DNA from: Candidatus Marinacidobacterales bacterium
GTDB lineage: Bacteria; Acidobacteriota; Vicinamibacteria; Marinacidobacterales; SMYC01
Direction of reading: 5' to 3'
NCBI GenBank assembly: GCA_965237955.1
Contig: OZ250169.1
Span: forward strand, 2,528,001 to 2,592,000
DNA: 64,000 nt
Below, piece by piece: positions 1 to 13,200 of this stretch. The notes under the pieces were generated by a model that was given only the letters and a program-made list of their open reading frames with translations, ran no database searches and was not told the DNA's origin. Each line of letters opens with the position of its first letter. Position 1 is the first letter of the stretch. Position numbers and translations under genes: made by a program.

Positions 1-231
1 CTATTCGGTGAGTTTCTGCTTCTTCTTTCTTCGGTCCTGAAGAGCCTTAGCCCTCGCGCTGATAATCCTGAACCCTTTGCCGTCAGAACTGTATGCGATG
101 AAATTGACGTGGCCCCTGGGACACGTGATGTTCGGATTTCGCTTGAGATCGGGGATCGTTTCGACGAAGTGATGGAAGCACTCGGTACAGCGAAACCGCA
201 CATTCAGAGAATCATCGAGTTGGTCGGACAT
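1..231 (-). CDS. small hypothetical protein with CxxC...CxxxH zinc-ribbon-like motif
   Basis: ATG at 231 gives 76 aa, MSDQ...RCTECFHHF...ITCPRGH...; lower GC than neighbouring genes. Confidence 0.4.
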   Translation of the reverse strand: MSDQLDDSLNVRFRCTECFHHFVETIPDLKRNPNITCPRGHVNFIAYSSDGKGFRIISARAKALQDRRKKKQKLTE

Positions 232-363
232 GAAAAACCCCAGAACATAGAGGCCCTTGAATCTGCAAATGCGCGCGCGTAGAATCTCAGCGCGATCGCG
301 TTCCTGCCTGGCTCTCAATAAGTTGGCAGGGTAGTTCAAGCCGGGCACCCACGCCCGGCTTTT

Positions 364-1386
364 CTACGTCAAAGGGAGCATATCACGGCTGTGGGGTAAG
401 ATCGTATATAATTCCCATTGCAAGGCGGCGTCCTCCGCCCATTGCGACACTTTGTCGTGCTCCAAGTATCGCTGCCACGATTTCGAGGCGGCCGCGTGCA
501 TGCCCAGGGCTTCGTAAAACTTGCCGTAGTTGTAGAGAACGCGCAGATCGGTCGGGCCGAGACGTTCTGCCTCACGCAGAAAAGCCAGGCCCTTTTGCTG
601 CTGCGCATAGGAATCGTCGATGTTGCGCCGAGCTTTCTCGTAGTAGACGACGGCGAGTCCGTTGAGCGCGTCCACCGAGTCGGGACGCTCTTCGGTGACG
701 CGCGTCAGAAGACGTTTCGCCTCGTCGAGCTCGCCTTCGTCCAATAGCAGCAGTCCGAGAACGAGAACCGCTTCGGGCTCGGGCGCGCGCTCGACCGTCG
801 TGCGCAAATTGAAGATCAGGGCTTCCTCGGCGGCGTCGGTGGTGTCGAAACCACTCCGGACGATTCCGGCGCGCTCGAACTCGGTGATGTAGCGCAGCGG
901 AAGGCGCCCGGTGGCCTGGCGCAGGGTCACGAGAGCGCTCAACGTTTCCGTGGCCGCACGTCGGCTCGCGGCAGGAAGCCAGTACTGGTTGCGGATGAAC
1001 AGGCCCAGGGCGGCGAGCAGGGCTCCGACGACGAACGTCACCAGGATCGGCTTCCAGTCCTTGCGCGGCGCCCGAGGGCCGATGTGCGGGCGGATCGCAT
1101 CGAGGAGCTCCGAGCTCGTCGGCTCGGGGATGCCGGCCAGCACCCCTTGCTCCTCCCGTGACGCAGGTCGCTCGGCGCGAAGCACCATCGCGAGAGTCTC
1201 TACGCACTCGGCGCATGCGTCGAGGTGCGTTTCGGCCGCGCGCAGCTTTCGCCGAGAGAGCCGCTTCTCGACGAGCTCGTAGATCTCGTCGGGAGCGAGG
1301 TGGTCTCCTGGTGCGGCCCGTGACAGAGAAGCGGCTTCCGCGGCGTCGTTTTCTAGATCTCGGGGTCGATGTGTGGGGGCTGACAT
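364..1386 (-). CDS. anti-sigma factor-like protein (zf-HC2, TM helix, TPR repeats)
   Basis: HxxxCxxC motif (HLDACAEC), hydrophobic segment ILVTFVVGALLAALGLFI, TPR-like C-terminus; directly downstream of an ECF sigma. Confidence 0.8.
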   Translation of the reverse strand: MSAPTHRPRDLENDAAEAASLSRAAPGDHLAPDEIYELVEKRLSRRKLRAAETHLDACAECVETLAMVLRAERPASREEQGVLAGIPEPTSSELLDAIRPHIGPRAPRKDWKPILVTFVVGALLAALGLFIRNQYWLPAASRRAATETLSALVTLRQATGRLPLRYITEFERAGIVRSGFDTTDAAEEALIFNLRTTVERAPEPEAVLVLGLLLLDEGELDEAKRLLTRVTEERPDSVDALNGLAVVYYEKARRNIDDSYAQQQKGLAFLREAERLGPTDLRVLYNYGKFYEALGMHAAASKSWQRYLEHDKVSQWAEDAALQWELYTILPHSRDMLPLT

Positions 1387-1429
1387 GGATTTATTCCTCT
1401 ACCAATATAAAGACGACTTTTAGCCGCCT

Positions 1430-2113
1430 TTACCTCCCTCCCGTCGAAGAAAATCTTGATTTCAGCGCTTTTCGGATGCGCCGGATACACTTCTCGACCC
1501 CGCTCGCGGAGAGCCGAATCGACCGATTCGCCGCGATCTCGTCCACCGTCAGCCCTTCGATGAAAAAGAGCTGGAAAACGAGGCGATCGCGAGCGCTCGT
1601 CGTGCCCCGGGGCGATAGCTCATCGACGACGGCGCGAATCTCGTCGCGGAGCTCAGACGACGCTACGAAGCGCTCGGGCCCAATGCCGCCACTGATGAGC
1701 GATTCGGCGTACGTGGGTCCGTCCTCTCTAACGACATTGGAAAGCGACGCGGTAGCCTTGGGCGTCTTGTGAGCGCGAAGCGTCTTGAAGTGATCGCGCA
1801 CCAGGTTCACAGCGATCGCACTCATGTACGTGTACGCGGATTGCTCGGTCCGTCCCTGGAAGCGGGACAACGCCCGCCGCTCGCCGTCGAGAAGCCGCAC
1901 GAAAACCTCCTGGGTCAGATCGTCGACGACCTCCTGCGGCGCGCCGGCATCGAGACCCGGACTCCGCTCGGCTTCCGTCTGAAAGCACCGGAGCACCGAA
2001 AGCCGCACCCGCGGGCGAAACCGGGACAGGAACTCCTTCCACAGCGGATCGTCGGGCGCCGCCTGCGCAAGGGTTTGGATCAGATCCCGGTTGGGAAGCC
2101 GCTTTAGGTCCAT
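1430..2113 (-). CDS. ECF RNA polymerase sigma factor
   Basis: DDLTQEVFVRL and IAVNLVRDHFK (region 2), FFIEGLTVDEIA (region 4); start placed at ATG 2113. Confidence 0.88.
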   Translation of the reverse strand: MDLKRLPNRDLIQTLAQAAPDDPLWKEFLSRFRPRVRLSVLRCFQTEAERSPGLDAGAPQEVVDDLTQEVFVRLLDGERRALSRFQGRTEQSAYTYMSAIAVNLVRDHFKTLRAHKTPKATASLSNVVREDGPTYAESLISGGIGPERFVASSELRDEIRAVVDELSPRGTTSARDRLVFQLFFIEGLTVDEIAANRSIRLSASGVEKCIRRIRKALKSRFSSTGGR

Positions 2114-2245
2114 ACTGGCTCTGGAATCGCTCCTTCGGGTGGTTCGGGTGTCCGGGGTGGGGACCGGCAGGCTCCGGACATCATAATGCCTCCGGCCCAA
2201 GGTTGAAAGCGTAACTGACTCAGCTCCGTTCTGCCGACCATCCAC

Positions 2246-2395
2246 CGTGCCCGTGTGCGGTGCCCGTGCCCGAAAACCAAATGAGCTCATGAAGCCATAC
2301 GATCACGACGAGCTCGATTGTCGGGATGTTGTGGGTCCGAGACGTATCGGGCACGGGCACGAGGGAAGGGCAAGGGCAGGGGCAGGGGCAGGGGA
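2246..2395. repeat. inverted hexamer-repeat cassette (GTGCCC)n/(GGGCAC)n followed by a GGGGCA run
   Basis: ccgtgcccgtgtgcggtgcccgtgcccga (2246-2272) versus tcgggcacgggcacg (2347-2361), then gggcaggggcaggggcagggg. Confidence 0.7.
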
Positions 2396-2442
2396 GCGCA
2401 GGAAAGGGCGATGGTTCGGATCAAGGTATACTAGCTCCCGCA

Positions 2443-2994
2443 ATGGCTGGCTCGAATGCCCACCCTCGAATCCGTTCGACGACGGTGCTTGCCGTTGCTC
2501 GCGACGGCCATACCGTGGTCGCGGCCGATGGTCAGGTGACCCTTGGCGACACGGTGATGAAGAACGGGGCCAAGAAGCTCCGGCGGCTGGCCGATGGGAA
2601 CGTGGTCGCCGGGTTCGCGGGTACCACCGCGGATGCGCAAGCGCTGTTCACGAGGTTCGAGGCCAAGCTTCAGGAGTTTCAAGGCAACTTGGAGCGCGCC
2701 GCGGTCGAGCTCGCCAAAGACTGGCGCACCGACCGGGCGCTCAGGCGCTTGGACGCCCTGCTCGTGGTCGCGAATAAGGAGCATATCCTGCTGCTGTCGG
2801 GAAACGGCGATCTCATCGAGCCCGATGACGGTGTGCTCGCGGTCGGCTCCGGCGGTCCGTACGCGCTCGCCGCCGCGCGTTCTCTGATGGCGCATACTTC
2901 CTTGGGGGCTGCCGAAGTGGCCACAGAAGCGATGCGCGTCGCCGCGGGCATTTGTATCTACACGAACGATAACATTCTCTTGGAGGAGCTCTAG
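2443..2994 (+). CDS. hslV: ATP-dependent protease peptidase subunit HslV
   Basis: RSTTVLAV...AADGQVTLG...GFAG..AD...KDWRTDR.LRRL...GSGG..A...ICIYTN. Confidence 0.97.
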   Translation: MAGSNAHPRIRSTTVLAVARDGHTVVAADGQVTLGDTVMKNGAKKLRRLADGNVVAGFAGTTADAQALFTRFEAKLQEFQGNLERAAVELAKDWRTDRALRRLDALLVVANKEHILLLSGNGDLIEPDDGVLAVGSGGPYALAAARSLMAHTSLGAAEVATEAMRVAAGICIYTNDNILLEEL

Positions 2995-3021
2995 AGCGCG
3001 GCTCGGAGCTTACGACGACAT

Positions 3022-4437
<1,416 letters not shown>

Positions 4438-5354
4438 CGCCGTCGTCGGTGTCCTCAGTGTATCGGCGGGTTGCGGCAAGCGCGGCGCTCCCCTTCCTCC
4501 CTTGAGACCGTTCCCCGCGGCAGCCGAGGGGCTCACCATCCGCCAAATCGGTAACCGCATCGAGCTCGAATGGCGCGCGCCGACTTCAAACACCGACGGA
4601 ACGATCGAAAAGCTCGAGCTCGCGGAAGTCGAAGTGCGTCGCCGCATCATCGACATCGCGGCGCTCGTCGAAGCGCAGACGGAGACGATCGAGCCGCCAG
4701 AATTGGAAGAAGACCCGGAAACGCCCGACGCGACGGGAGCGGACGCGCCGGAGACTGAACCCGACGAAGTAGAGCTCCCACAGGAAGAGCCCGCTCCCGA
4801 ATCGCCCGAACTACCTTCGTCGCCTTTGTTGGGCGAACGCGAAGAAGAACCCGAAGAAGAAGAGCCCCAAGCTCCTCCCACACCGGTGCTCGAGATTCCC
4901 AACTTCGCGCCCGAGTCACGCTACGTGGCCACGCTCGAGTCGACGGAACCCGGCGAGACGACGACGTTCGAAGAAGACGTCGATCCAACCTGGGTCGGAA
5001 AGCGTCTCGAATACGCCGTCGTGTATACCAATCGAGGCAACCGCCGCGGGCAGCGCACGACCGCGGTCCAGATCGAACCGATGGCGACTCTGCTCGTGCC
5101 GGCCCGACCCACCACGGAGACCGGCGACGGCTTCGTCATGGTCCGTTGGGATCGTCCCGAGCCCGACGGCTACTTCTCGATTTTCCGCCGCAGGGAATCC
5201 GCACTGGACTTTCCGGATCGCCCGCTCAACGCGGCGCCGATTGCGGAGGCCGAGTTTCAAGATCGGTCGGTGACGTTCGAGGTTTCGTCGTGCTACATCG
5301 TCCGGACAGTGCCGCCTCCGCCGCTCGACTCAAACTCAGAAGCCGAGTCGTCTT

Positions 5355-5383
5355 CCGAGCCCGAGCCCGAGCCCGAGCCCGAG
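5355..5383 (+). repeat. in-frame (CCGAGC)n tandem repeat encoding an EP linker
   Basis: ccgagc repeated about 5 times. Confidence 0.8.
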
Positions 5384-5818
5384 GATGCCCCGCAGGTCAT
5401 CGTACCGCTCGTGCCCCCTCTCAAGAACACGGCGCGCATCGAATCCGTGGCGTCCCCCGAAGTTTGCTTGGTTCCGACCGATACGTTCGCACCACCGCCA
5501 CCCACGGGTCTGGTCGCGGTTCGCTCGGGAGAAGACGTGCTGCTCACGTGGACCGAAGTGGAGCGGACCGACGTCACCGGCTATCGCGTCTATCGCGCCG
5601 AGTCGGAGGGCGGTCCTTTCGTCCTGCTCACTGAGGACGTCCTGCGCGTACCGAGCTATTCTGATGATACGGTGGCGTCGGGCCAGGCGTACTACTACGC
5701 GGTCACGGCCGTCGACGACGCCCCGGCTGCGAACGAATCCGAGCGGAGCGAGCTGTCCGAAGTGACGTTCACGCGCTGATTTGGATATATAGTTACTAAT
5801 CCTCCGGAGGAAACGAAG

Positions 5819-6478
5819 ATGAAGTTTTTCTTGGATACCGCCAATGTGGACGAAATTCGCGAAGTGGCCGCCCTTGGCCTCGTGGACGGCATCACCACGA
5901 ACCCCAGCCTTCTCGCCAAAGAGCCCGCTCCCGACCGCGAGATCCTGGAGCAGATCTGCGAACTCGTCTCGGGCCCGGTGTCCGCCGAGGTCGTCTCGAC
6001 GGACTCCGAAGGCATGGTCCGAGAGGGCAGAGATCTCGCGAAGATTGCCCCGAACATCGTCGTCAAATGCCCGCTCATCGCCGAGGGCCTGAAAGCTGTG
6101 CGGATTCTCAAGGAAGACGGCATTCGCTCGAACGTCACGCTGTGCTTTTCGGTGCCGCAGGCGCTCTTCGCCGCGAAGGCGGGCGCTTACATCGTCAGCC
6201 CCTTCGTCGGGCGTCTCGACGATATCGGCGCGGACGGCATGAGCCTGATCCGGGACATCCGTCAGGTTTACCGCAACTACGACTTCGCGACCGAGGTGCT
6301 CGTGGCCAGCATCCGGAACCCGCTCCATGTCATCGAAGCGGCGCGCATCGGTGCGGACATCGCCACCCTCCCCGCAAAGGTGTACAAATCGCTTTTGAAA
6401 CACCCGCTCACCGACATCGGTCTCGAGCGCTTTCTCGAGGACTATCGGAAGGCGCAGAAGATGGGCGCCACCGTCTGA
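5819..6478 (+). CDS. fsa: fructose-6-phosphate aldolase / small transaldolase (TalC family)
   Basis: MKFFLDTA...GITTNPSL...VVKCP...NVTLCFS...SPFVGRLDD...ASIR. Confidence 0.93.
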   Translation: MKFFLDTANVDEIREVAALGLVDGITTNPSLLAKEPAPDREILEQICELVSGPVSAEVVSTDSEGMVREGRDLAKIAPNIVVKCPLIAEGLKAVRILKEDGIRSNVTLCFSVPQALFAAKAGAYIVSPFVGRLDDIGADGMSLIRDIRQVYRNYDFATEVLVASIRNPLHVIEAARIGADIATLPAKVYKSLLKHPLTDIGLERFLEDYRKAQKMGATV

Positions 6479-6499
6479 GCCTCCGTTGACGTTGTGAGC

Positions 6500-8050
6500 A
6501 TGTCGAAGGGCGATCCCTTTTCGAAGCTCGAGGAACGAAACCGCCGCGCCGCCGAAGCCGGCGGGAAAGCCCGCATCGACCGCCAGCACGCTGGCGGCAA
6601 GATGACAGCGCACGAGCGCGTGGATGCGCTCCTCGACAACGACAGTTTCCAAGAGCTCGGACGTTTCGTCACCCACCGCTCACACGACTTCGGGATGGAG
6701 GAGACCAAGGTCCCGGGCGATGGGGTCGTGACTGGCTACGGCCGTGTCGATGGACGGCTCGTTTACGTCTTCTCGCAAGACTTCAGCGTTTTCGGCGGCT
6801 CTTTGTCCGGGGCGTACGCGGAGAAAGTCGTCAAAGTGATGGACCTCGCGATGCGCCAAGGAGCGCCGATAATAGGCCTCAACGATTCCGGGGGGGCGCG
6901 CATTCAAGAAGGCGTGGTCTCCCTGGCGGGCTATGCGGACATTTTTCTCAGGAACACGTTGGCATCGGGCGTGGTGCCTCAGGTCTCCGCGATCATGGGA
7001 CCGTGCGCGGGCGGTGCGGTGTACTCGCCGGCGATTACGGATTTCACGTTCATGGTGAGCGACACCAGCTACATGTTCGTGACCGGGCCCGATGTCATCA
7101 AAACGGTGACGCACGAGCAAGTGTCGATGGAAGAGCTGGGGGGGGCGTCGACCCACAACGAAGTCTCGGGAAACGCTCACTTTCTCGCCGAGGACGACCG
7201 CCAATGCCTCGGCAACATTCGTGAGCTCTTGTCGTATCTGCCGAGCAATAACCTCGAGGAGCCGCCGGTGGTGGAGAGCGCCGATCCGTGGGATCGCGAG
7301 AACAAGGTGCTCGACAAGCTCATACCGAGCGAGCCGGACAAGCCTTACGACATGAAGGAGCTCATCCGCACCGTCGTCGACGACGGCGGGTTTTTCGAAG
7401 TGCACGAGCACTTCGCGCAGAACTTGCTCGTGGGTTTCGTGCGGCTCGACGGACGATCGGTCGGGATTGTCGCGAACCAGCCGGCGATGCTGGCCGGAGT
7501 TCTCGATATCAACGCGTCGGTCAAAGGTGCCCGGTTCGTTCGCTTTTGTGATGCGTTCGGAATTCCCATCGTCACCTTCGAGGACGTACCAGGGTTTTTG
7601 CCGGGTACCGAGCAGGAGTGGGGCGGCATTATCCGGCACGGGGCCAAGCTTTTGTTCTCGTTCGCGGAGGCGACCGTGCCCAAGGTCACGGTTATCACCC
7701 GCAAAGCCTACGGCGGCGCCTACTGCGTGATGGCGAGTAAGCACATCCGCACCGATATCAACTACGCGTACCCGACCGCGGAGATTGCGGTCATGGGACC
7801 CGAAGGCGCGGTGAATATCTTGTACAAGCGCGAGCTCGCGGACGCCAAGGATCCGGACGCGCTTCGAAACGAGAAGGTCGCCGAGTTCCGCGAGAAGCTC
7901 GCGAACCCCTACGTCGCCGCCGAGCGAGGCTACGTCGACGAGGTCATCGCGCCTCGCCACACGAGAGCGAAGCTCATTGCCGCCTTGCGTTCGCTGGAAA
8001 CTAAGCGAGACAAGAATCCTCCGAAGAAGCACGGGAATATTCCCTTGTGA
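6500..8050 (+). CDS. pccB: acyl-CoA (propionyl/methylmalonyl-CoA) carboxylase, carboxyltransferase beta subunit
   Basis: [29 protein letters not shown]-terminal KKHGNIPL. Confidence 0.92.
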   Translation: MSKGDPFSKLEERNRRAAEAGGKARIDRQHAGGKMTAHERVDALLDNDSFQELGRFVTHRSHDFGMEETKVPGDGVVTGYGRVDGRLVYVFSQDFSVFGGSLSGAYAEKVVKVMDLAMRQGAPIIGLNDSGGARIQEGVVSLAGYADIFLRNTLASGVVPQVSAIMGPCAGGAVYSPAITDFTFMVSDTSYMFVTGPDVIKTVTHEQVSMEELGGASTHNEVSGNAHFLAEDDRQCLGNIRELLSYLPSNNLEEPPVVESADPWDRENKVLDKLIPSEPDKPYDMKELIRTVVDDGGFFEVHEHFAQNLLVGFVRLDGRSVGIVANQPAMLAGVLDINASVKGARFVRFCDAFGIPIVTFEDVPGFLPGTEQEWGGIIRHGAKLLFSFAEATVPKVTVITRKAYGGAYCVMASKHIRTDINYAYPTAEIAVMGPEGAVNILYKRELADAKDPDALRNEKVAEFREKLANPYVAAERGYVDEVIAPRHTRAKLIAALRSLETKRDKNPPKKHGNIPL

Positions 8051-8053
8051 AAT

Positions 8054-8145
8054 CGGCTGCCAGTCGCCAGCTTCCAACTGCTATCAGCTCGGAAGACGGC
8101 CGGGCTGGAAGCAGCTGACAGCTGGCAGCTGGTGACTGGAAGCAG
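8054..8145. repeat. inverted heptamer-repeat cassette (GCTGCCA-like / TGGCAGC-like)
   Basis: gctgccagtcgccagcttccaactgc pairs with gcagctgacagctggcagctggtgactggaagc. Confidence 0.75.
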
Positions 8146-8172
8146 GACCCCCCGGCCCCTTCGAGACCGACC

Positions 8173-9684
<1,512 letters not shown>

Positions 9685-9703
9685 CGGGAGACCGTTTCTG
9701 ACA

Positions 9704-10231
9704 ATGCCTAGCAAGAAAAAGCTCCACACCCTGCCCGATGGGGAGGCGTTCTTGGTCCAAGTCGAGCGCGCCGACGAGGGCTATCGTGTCACGTGCGAGT
9801 CGCCTCGGTTGGAAGCGACGGTCGGGGGTGGCGAGCACGGGTTCTGGTCGATTGTGACCGGTAGGGGCTCGTATGAGACCCACATCACTCGCGAGAACGG
9901 CGAAATCCACGTGGAGGTTTCCGGCGAGCGCTTCGCATTTAGTATAGGCAGCATCGGCCGTCTCGGCGCCGATGCGGTCGGGGCCGATACGACGAAGCGG
10001 GCTTCGGCGCGTACGGAAGTCAAAGCCCCGATGCCCGGCAAAGTCGTGAAGCTTCTCGTTGGTGCCGGCGACACCGTCGACTCGGGGCAGGGAGTTCTCC
10101 TGTTCGAAGCGATGAAGATGCAGAACGAGATCAAAAGCCCTCAAGACGGCGTTGTCGGCGAGATGGCTGTCGATGAGGGCCAGGCGGTGGAGGCTCGCGA
10201 CCGGTTGTTCGTGATCCATAGCACGGATTAG
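9704..10231 (+). CDS. biotin carboxyl carrier protein (biotin/lipoyl domain)
   Basis: APMPGKV...EAMKMQNEI biotinylation motif. Confidence 0.92.
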   Translation: MPSKKKLHTLPDGEAFLVQVERADEGYRVTCESPRLEATVGGGEHGFWSIVTGRGSYETHITRENGEIHVEVSGERFAFSIGSIGRLGADAVGADTTKRASARTEVKAPMPGKVVKLLVGAGDTVDSGQGVLLFEAMKMQNEIKSPQDGVVGEMAVDEGQAVEARDRLFVIHSTD

Positions 10232-10249
10232 GTTGATCAGACTAAAACC

Positions 10250-13200
10250 ATGACCACGTGGCGGCAGCGTTTTATCCGTTTCCTCGGGTGGTGGATCGCT
10301 GCGTTCGCATCGTTTGTTGCGGCCATTCTTCTCGTGTTCGCGGTCTACTTGCTGTTCTTCGACTACCCGGAAATGCTTCGGGAAAAGCTCGAAATCGAGC
10401 TTTCGGAGATCGCCGGTGCTCCGGCCCATATTGGGTCAATCAACCTAGACATAACCAGCTACGCGTTCGAGCTCACCGACGTCTCCGTGGGAGGGAGGCG
10501 AGGCGACGGTGAGACTGAGAACGCAGAGAGCATTCTCACGCTCGAGCGCGTGTGGGGACGCCTGCGGCTTTCCGAGATCGTCCGGCTCCGCCTTCATTGG
10601 ACCGAGCTCGTCGTTCAGGGCCTGTCCGTCCGCCTCGTCGAGGGATCCGAAGGTGGGCTTGCGTTTCCGGGCGATGTGAGCGCGTCTCCGGCGTTGGCCG
10701 GCGCCCGGGTTGCGTTCTCGGCGGATCGGATCTCGCTCGAGGACGCGGTTTTCGTGCTTTCGAACGAGAACGTTCCGTGGCAGCTCGAGGCGTCGAACCT
10801 CGGGCTCGAGCTCACCCGCGATCGCGGCAATAGCTACAAAGGAACCCTTTCCTACGACGACGGTGTCCTTGTCATCAAAGATCACGCGCGCATCGAAGGC
10901 TCGGTGTCGGCTGAGATCGAGCTCTCGGCCGGTGAGCTGTTCGTACACGAAGCCCGGGGAGAGTCCGAGTTCGGTATCGTCACGGCACGGGGCAAGCTCG
11001 GCCTCGGTGGCGGTGGCGTACTCAGTGGTCGCTTCGACGTCGAGGCCGAGGGAGATCTCGAGCGTACGGCCAACTTGCTCGGACTCGAGCTCGATGAGGG
11101 AGCTCTGACGGGCGCGGCTCATTTCGAAGGCTCGCTCTCCATCACCCCCGACAACAGAAAACTCGAGGGAACGCTACAGTGGCCGGCGGGTCGGTTGCAC
11201 GGCGTGCCGATGCGCGATTGGACGGGCGACTTGTTCTGGGATCGCCAGCTGCTTCAGGTCAGCCTAGCGCAAGGTCAGCTAGCGTCGGGTCGCGCTCGCG
11301 TATCACTCCATCAAGCGTTACCGATGGCCGACCACCCGGCCGTGCTCGATCTCGACGTCACCGGAGCTTCTCTGAGCGAAATCCTCGCAGGCCTCTCCGG
11401 CCTCTCCGGAATGCCCGGCCGACCAAGCCCACTGGAGTCGAATGTGTCTGGACGGGCGAGCCTTCTCTTCCCGGCCGCGAGTCCGGACCGCATCGACGGC
11501 ACGTTCGAAGTGACGGGGACGATGCCAGCCGCAGGCCTTACTACTGAGGATGCAGATGTAGAGGGTGTCGCCTTCGTCGTATCGGGTCGCGTTAGCGAAG
11601 GTGACATCGAGCTGACGTCGGCCGAGGTGGAGACGGCGACGTTGACGGGAACGATGACGGGACTCTATCCACGGGAGGGCTCGGCCGAGCTCCTCGTGGA
11701 CATCCATTCGGTCGACCTCGCTCGCACGGATGAGCTCGCGCGCGACGTGAGGCGCCTGTTCCGCCTGTCCGGCCTGTCCGGCCTGTCCCGCACCGCCGAC
11801 GAACCCGATCCCGAAGCTTGGGGTATCGCGGGGCGGGGTCGGGCCCGCGGGCGGTTGACCGAGCGGCTTCCGCACCTCAGGTTCGAAGGTGCGCTCGAAG
11901 CGCCAGAGTTCCGCTTCGACCGACTTCGCGTGGACGACCTCGAGGCGCGTGCGGTGTTGTCTCGGGGTGCGCTCAGCTTCGAGGATCTTCTCGGGCATCG
12001 AAACGATGGTGTCGTTGCCGGGTCGGGCTCGTTTTCAGTCGAGGGGCCGATTGGATCGAGAGACTTCGACCTCGAACTGCGATTTTCCGAGTGGCCTGCC
12101 AGTGATTTGGCAACGCTCTTGGACTCGGCGGTCACCGCCGAAGGTCTCGCCACTGGTGACCTGGCACTTCGCCGGAGCTCGGGCGAGCTCGACGGTGTCG
12201 CCGAGCTCGCAGTCTCGCGGCTGGTGCTACTGGGAGCGTTATTCGATCGGGCAGAGGCGCGCGCGAGCTTCGCTGGAAAGAAGGTCGTGCTCGAGCAAGC
12301 TTCCGTCTTCCGCGGCGACGCCCGCTTCGAGGGCGCGCTTGAGCTGGATATTCAGACGGGTGCGGTTCAAGGAGAGCTATCGACTCGCGAGTTCCCACTC
12401 GACGGGAGCAACGTTTTCGGCCTCGAGCTGACCGGCTGGCTCGACGCCGAGGCCGCTCTCGCGGGCCACGTCGATGCGCCGGTCATCGATCTCACCGCCG
12501 AAGGCCGATCGCTGAATCTCGGCGGCGCTGCTTTGCCTGACGCGACGATAACCGCCACCATAGTGAATGAGGACCTCGAGCTCGACGTTCGTCTCGGGGA
12601 CGCGCACGCGCTCGAAGCCAGTGGCCGTCTTCGAGGCTACGCGCCGGTGTCGGGAACGCTCCGGTTCGTAGAGCTCGATGCCGGTCCGTGGTTCGCTCGC
12701 GTTTCCGAGAGCTTTTCCCAGACGACGCGCGTTCTCACGACCGGAAGCGCAAGATTCACCGCCGAGCTTCGGCGTGCGAGTTCGCTCGACATCGCCGCAA
12801 CGTTGACGCAAGTCGTCGTCCAAAGCGATCGCGTCCGCCTCGAATCGCTCGCGCCGGTGGAAGCTCGCTACCAGGACGGCATCCTTCACATGCCGTCTCT
12901 GACGCTCGCCGAAGGCTCGTCGCGCGTCGCACTCGGCGGGACGGTGAACTTCCTCGCGCGAAGCCTCGACCTTCGGCTCGAAGGCGTCACCGAGTTCGAC
13001 ATCGTCGAGACGTTTTACCCGAGCCTCGCCGCCACCGGTTCCGTCGACCTCTCGGCTCGGGTGACGGGGAGTTGGGACGCTCCGTCTCTTTCGGGGCGCG
13101 CGGATTTGGACGGGAGCTCGTTGCGACTCGAAGGGTTTCCGCAAGCTTTAGGGGGTCTTCGCGGTCGACTCGTCTTCGACAACCGAACGATCCGGATCCC

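Noticed and set aside
2363-2394. G-quadruplex-like G-runs upstream of hslV
   Set aside because: Explained by the hexamer repeat arm; no independent evidence of function.
2326-2442. N-terminal extension of HslV (GQGQGQG)
   Set aside because: Translated repeat; ATG 2443 fits the short propeptide before the catalytic Thr.
5336-8077. Long minus-strand ORFs (446 and 465 aa)
   Set aside because: Antisense shadows of fsa and pccB.
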